NCBI RefSeq assembly: GCF_018350175.1
Contig: NC_058368.1
Span: 129,830,001-129,894,000, forward strand
DNA: 64,000 nt
From: Felis catus
Taxonomy: Eukaryota
Direction: 5' to 3'
Both the position numbers and the translations under genes were made by a program. This document shows, piece after piece, positions 61,770 to 64,000 of the stretch (position 1 is the stretch's first letter; each line of letters starts with the position of its first letter). Below the pieces are notes generated by a model that was not told where the DNA came from, did no database searches, and was given only the letters and a program-made list of their open reading frames with translations.

Positions 61770-61826
61770 AACATAAACATCTTAAAAATAAGATGGAACA
61801 TAAACATCTTAAAAATAAGATGGAAC
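61770..61826. repeat. 27-bp tandem duplication aacataaacatcttaaaaataagatgg x2
   Basis: Directly readable; each unit contains the inverted repeat CATCTTA-AAAA-TAAGATG. Confidence 0.95.
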
Positions 61827-62299
61827 TTAAAAGGTGCTTTAGAAGCACTGTATGATAGTGGTGAGATTTTGGTTTCTGGAGGCAGATAAACTTGGATTTG
61901 AATCTTGGCCTTTTCCTGGTAGCGTGGCCTCCAGCTATTTTCTTATCTTACCTGGTACTCCGTTTCTTCTTTTGTAATATGGAAATGAAATATACTACCT
62001 ACCTTACTGAATGTTGTGAGGAGTAATAGAGGTAATGATTTTTGTAACTAGTTTCAGCTAATTAAAGCACTCTGTAAATTACCATTTAATGATTAACTTG
62101 AGTTCTTATTCTGTTATTATATAAACAGAATAAATCATAAACTTATTTGTACTACAAATTAGCTCTCTATGATTTTGTAAATTCCTCTTTCTCTTCTTCA
62201 GCTCACTAAAATTGATGGCTTTTACAGTTTTCTGCTTTCTTCGGAGTACCCCTATTGATGAACTAATTTTATTTAAAAGTAATAGAATAAAATTCCTTC

Positions 62300-63045
62300 T
62301 ATGTTGTCATTACTTTAAGGGACCATTGGACTACTGTATAAATTTAAAATGTGTATGGAATCTCGATGATCTTATTCTTCCTATAATGAAACCTTTTGCT
62401 CTTATATCATCTTAGGATTTATTATTATTATTTTTTACCTAATATTTTTCAATTATTCTCCATTGTGGTTAAAAAGATTGAAATACTGTGAAAGTGGAAG
62501 AATGATGAAATTGCCAGAGGATGGAGCGGTAGTGAAATTGTCATCCTGTAGTTTTCTTACTGTGTTGTGCATTGCATTCCATCTTTCAAGAAGGAATAAA
62601 AGAAGACTGGAAGCACTGTCTTTTTATTGTATCTTCAGCTTTTGTGTAACACATTGAGAATTCAAAATTCATTTTCTGTCCACGTGGCAGAGAAGAAAAT
62701 TGACAAGAGAAAGAGGTTTCATAATTTTTACATGAGTCAGAAGATGGATGCTTTCAGACAGACTGAGAGCAGCATTCTAGACCCTAAGTGTGACGGTGAA
62801 ATTCTCCAAGTGAAATCTCTTTCTCAGTCTTCAGATAATGATATCCTAGTTAAATGGTCTCAAACTCAAGAATGTATGAATGAAGAATATATCTCTAAGA
62901 ACAAAGAGGAAATAACATTCTATTCTAGTCATTTGTAATTAAGGCCTTTATCATGTGGTTATTTTGTGACAAAAAGGTGGACCATCCTGTTTGTTGAAAG
63001 AACATGTGACATCTTGTATGATGTTTATACACCAAAATCTATGGA
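62300..63045 (+). mobile_element. piggyBac-like (Looper-type) DNA transposon fossil, transposase 5' region
   Basis: Degraded acidic N-terminal peptide (SSDNDIL...SQTQECMNEEYISKNKEEI) followed in another frame by IL*QKGGPS, resembling piggyBac transposase N-termini. The left boundary is uncertain. Confidence 0.6.
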
Positions 63046-63074
63046 GCCAGAAAGTCTGGGATTTTTAAATTCTT

Positions 63075-63266
63075 AAAAATTAAAAAAAAAAACACCTGTT
63101 TATTCATTTTTGAGAGAGTTGGGCGGGAGAGGGAGAGGGAGACGTAGAATCTGAAGCAGGCTCCAGGCTGTCAGCACAGAACCCTACGTGGGGCTCCAAC
63201 TCATAGTCTGCGAGATCATGACCTGAGCTGAAGTCAGTTGCTTAATCAGAGCCACCCGGGCGCCCC
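63075..63266 (-). mobile_element. CAN-SINE with TSD ttaaaaatt
   Basis: Reverse-complement head ends at 63266. Confidence 0.88.
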
Positions 63267-63943
63267 TTAAAAATTTTAATGAAGTTGTTTTTTACTATCC
63301 CTTTATATATGTAAAATTTTTATATTTCTTAAATACCTATTAACAAATAAGGGTTGTTTAGATTTTTACCAGATGACAAATGGTGATACTTGTCTTATAT
63401 CTGAAAGCTAATATATTTAATTATTATATAATTATATTTAATTCATAATTTAACTATATATTAAAGATAATATTTAATACTTGAACTTCAGAACCTCTCC
63501 TTTCAGTAATTGGTACCATTTCTCCACATACTGCGTACTTACTGGTCCTGAATACTGCTTCTGGTTTCTGGGGTAGAGCAATAAACACAGACAAGTTCCA
63601 GTTCTCAGAGAGTGAACATTGTAGTGGGAGGAGGCACATATTACACAAACAGTATGTCGGGATTATATGAGCTGTGAAGATGGAAAAACAGGAGAATAGA
63701 GATTACTTAGAAATAAAATAATAAATAATGTTTTATTGTAAAGTGATTTAGGTAACTGAAATGAGACTTTGAGAGATGAAATGTTCTATTTTCTTTGAAA
63801 GGTTTGTTTATAATAATAGAATGTTTTTTACTTTATATAATTTTAACTTATTAAAATGATATGGTAAATCTTAATAGTCTTGTAAAAAGTATAAGGGAGA
63901 TGTTTACAACAATAAATTGAGACATTAAAAAAATCTTTCCTAG

Positions 63944-63992
63944 GGTTTTTTACATGGAATATTTGACCGTCTGAAACAATTTCTGGAATGCA
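63944..63992 (+). CDS. IPO11: Importin-11 exon 8, GFLHGIFDRLKQFLEC(S); gene continues beyond the window
   Basis: Acceptor tctttcctag|, donor GCA|gtaagt, 49 nt, in frame with exon 7. Confidence 0.94.
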
Positions 63993-64000
63993 GTAAGTAC

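Noticed and set aside
33519..61826. Short direct repeats as CRISPR-like arrays
   Set aside because: Only two adjacent copies each, with no spacers, in a eukaryotic intron.

Overview
Mammalian genomic DNA, almost certainly felid, based on abundant carnivore tRNA-derived CAN-SINEs including near-consensus SINEC_Fc-type copies. The window holds the 5' part of IPO11 (importin-11) on the + strand. A CpG-island promoter and non-coding exon 1 (donor after 5958) are followed by a 25 kb intron 1 and seven coding exons (exons 2-8). These splice in frame through GT-AG sites to give the N-terminal 252 aa (MDLNSASTVVLQVLTQ...GFLHGIFDRLKQFLEC); the gene continues past the window. The introns contain about 50 SINEs, L1/L2/MIR fragments, MaLR and other LTRs, and DNA-transposon fossils. 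The most distinctive items are an antisense COX6A1 processed pseudogene, a perfect 35-nt tailless U2 snRNA retrocopy with target-site duplication, a fold-back SINE hairpin, a piggyBac-like transposase fossil, a uORF/CUG arrangement in exon 1, a candidate recursive splice site, CTCF motifs and inverted SINEs flanking exons. I see no well-supported novel biological system; the findings are testable hypotheses on an otherwise ordinary gene region. Repeat family names are by-eye recognition, and repeat boundaries are approximate unless a TSD is cited.
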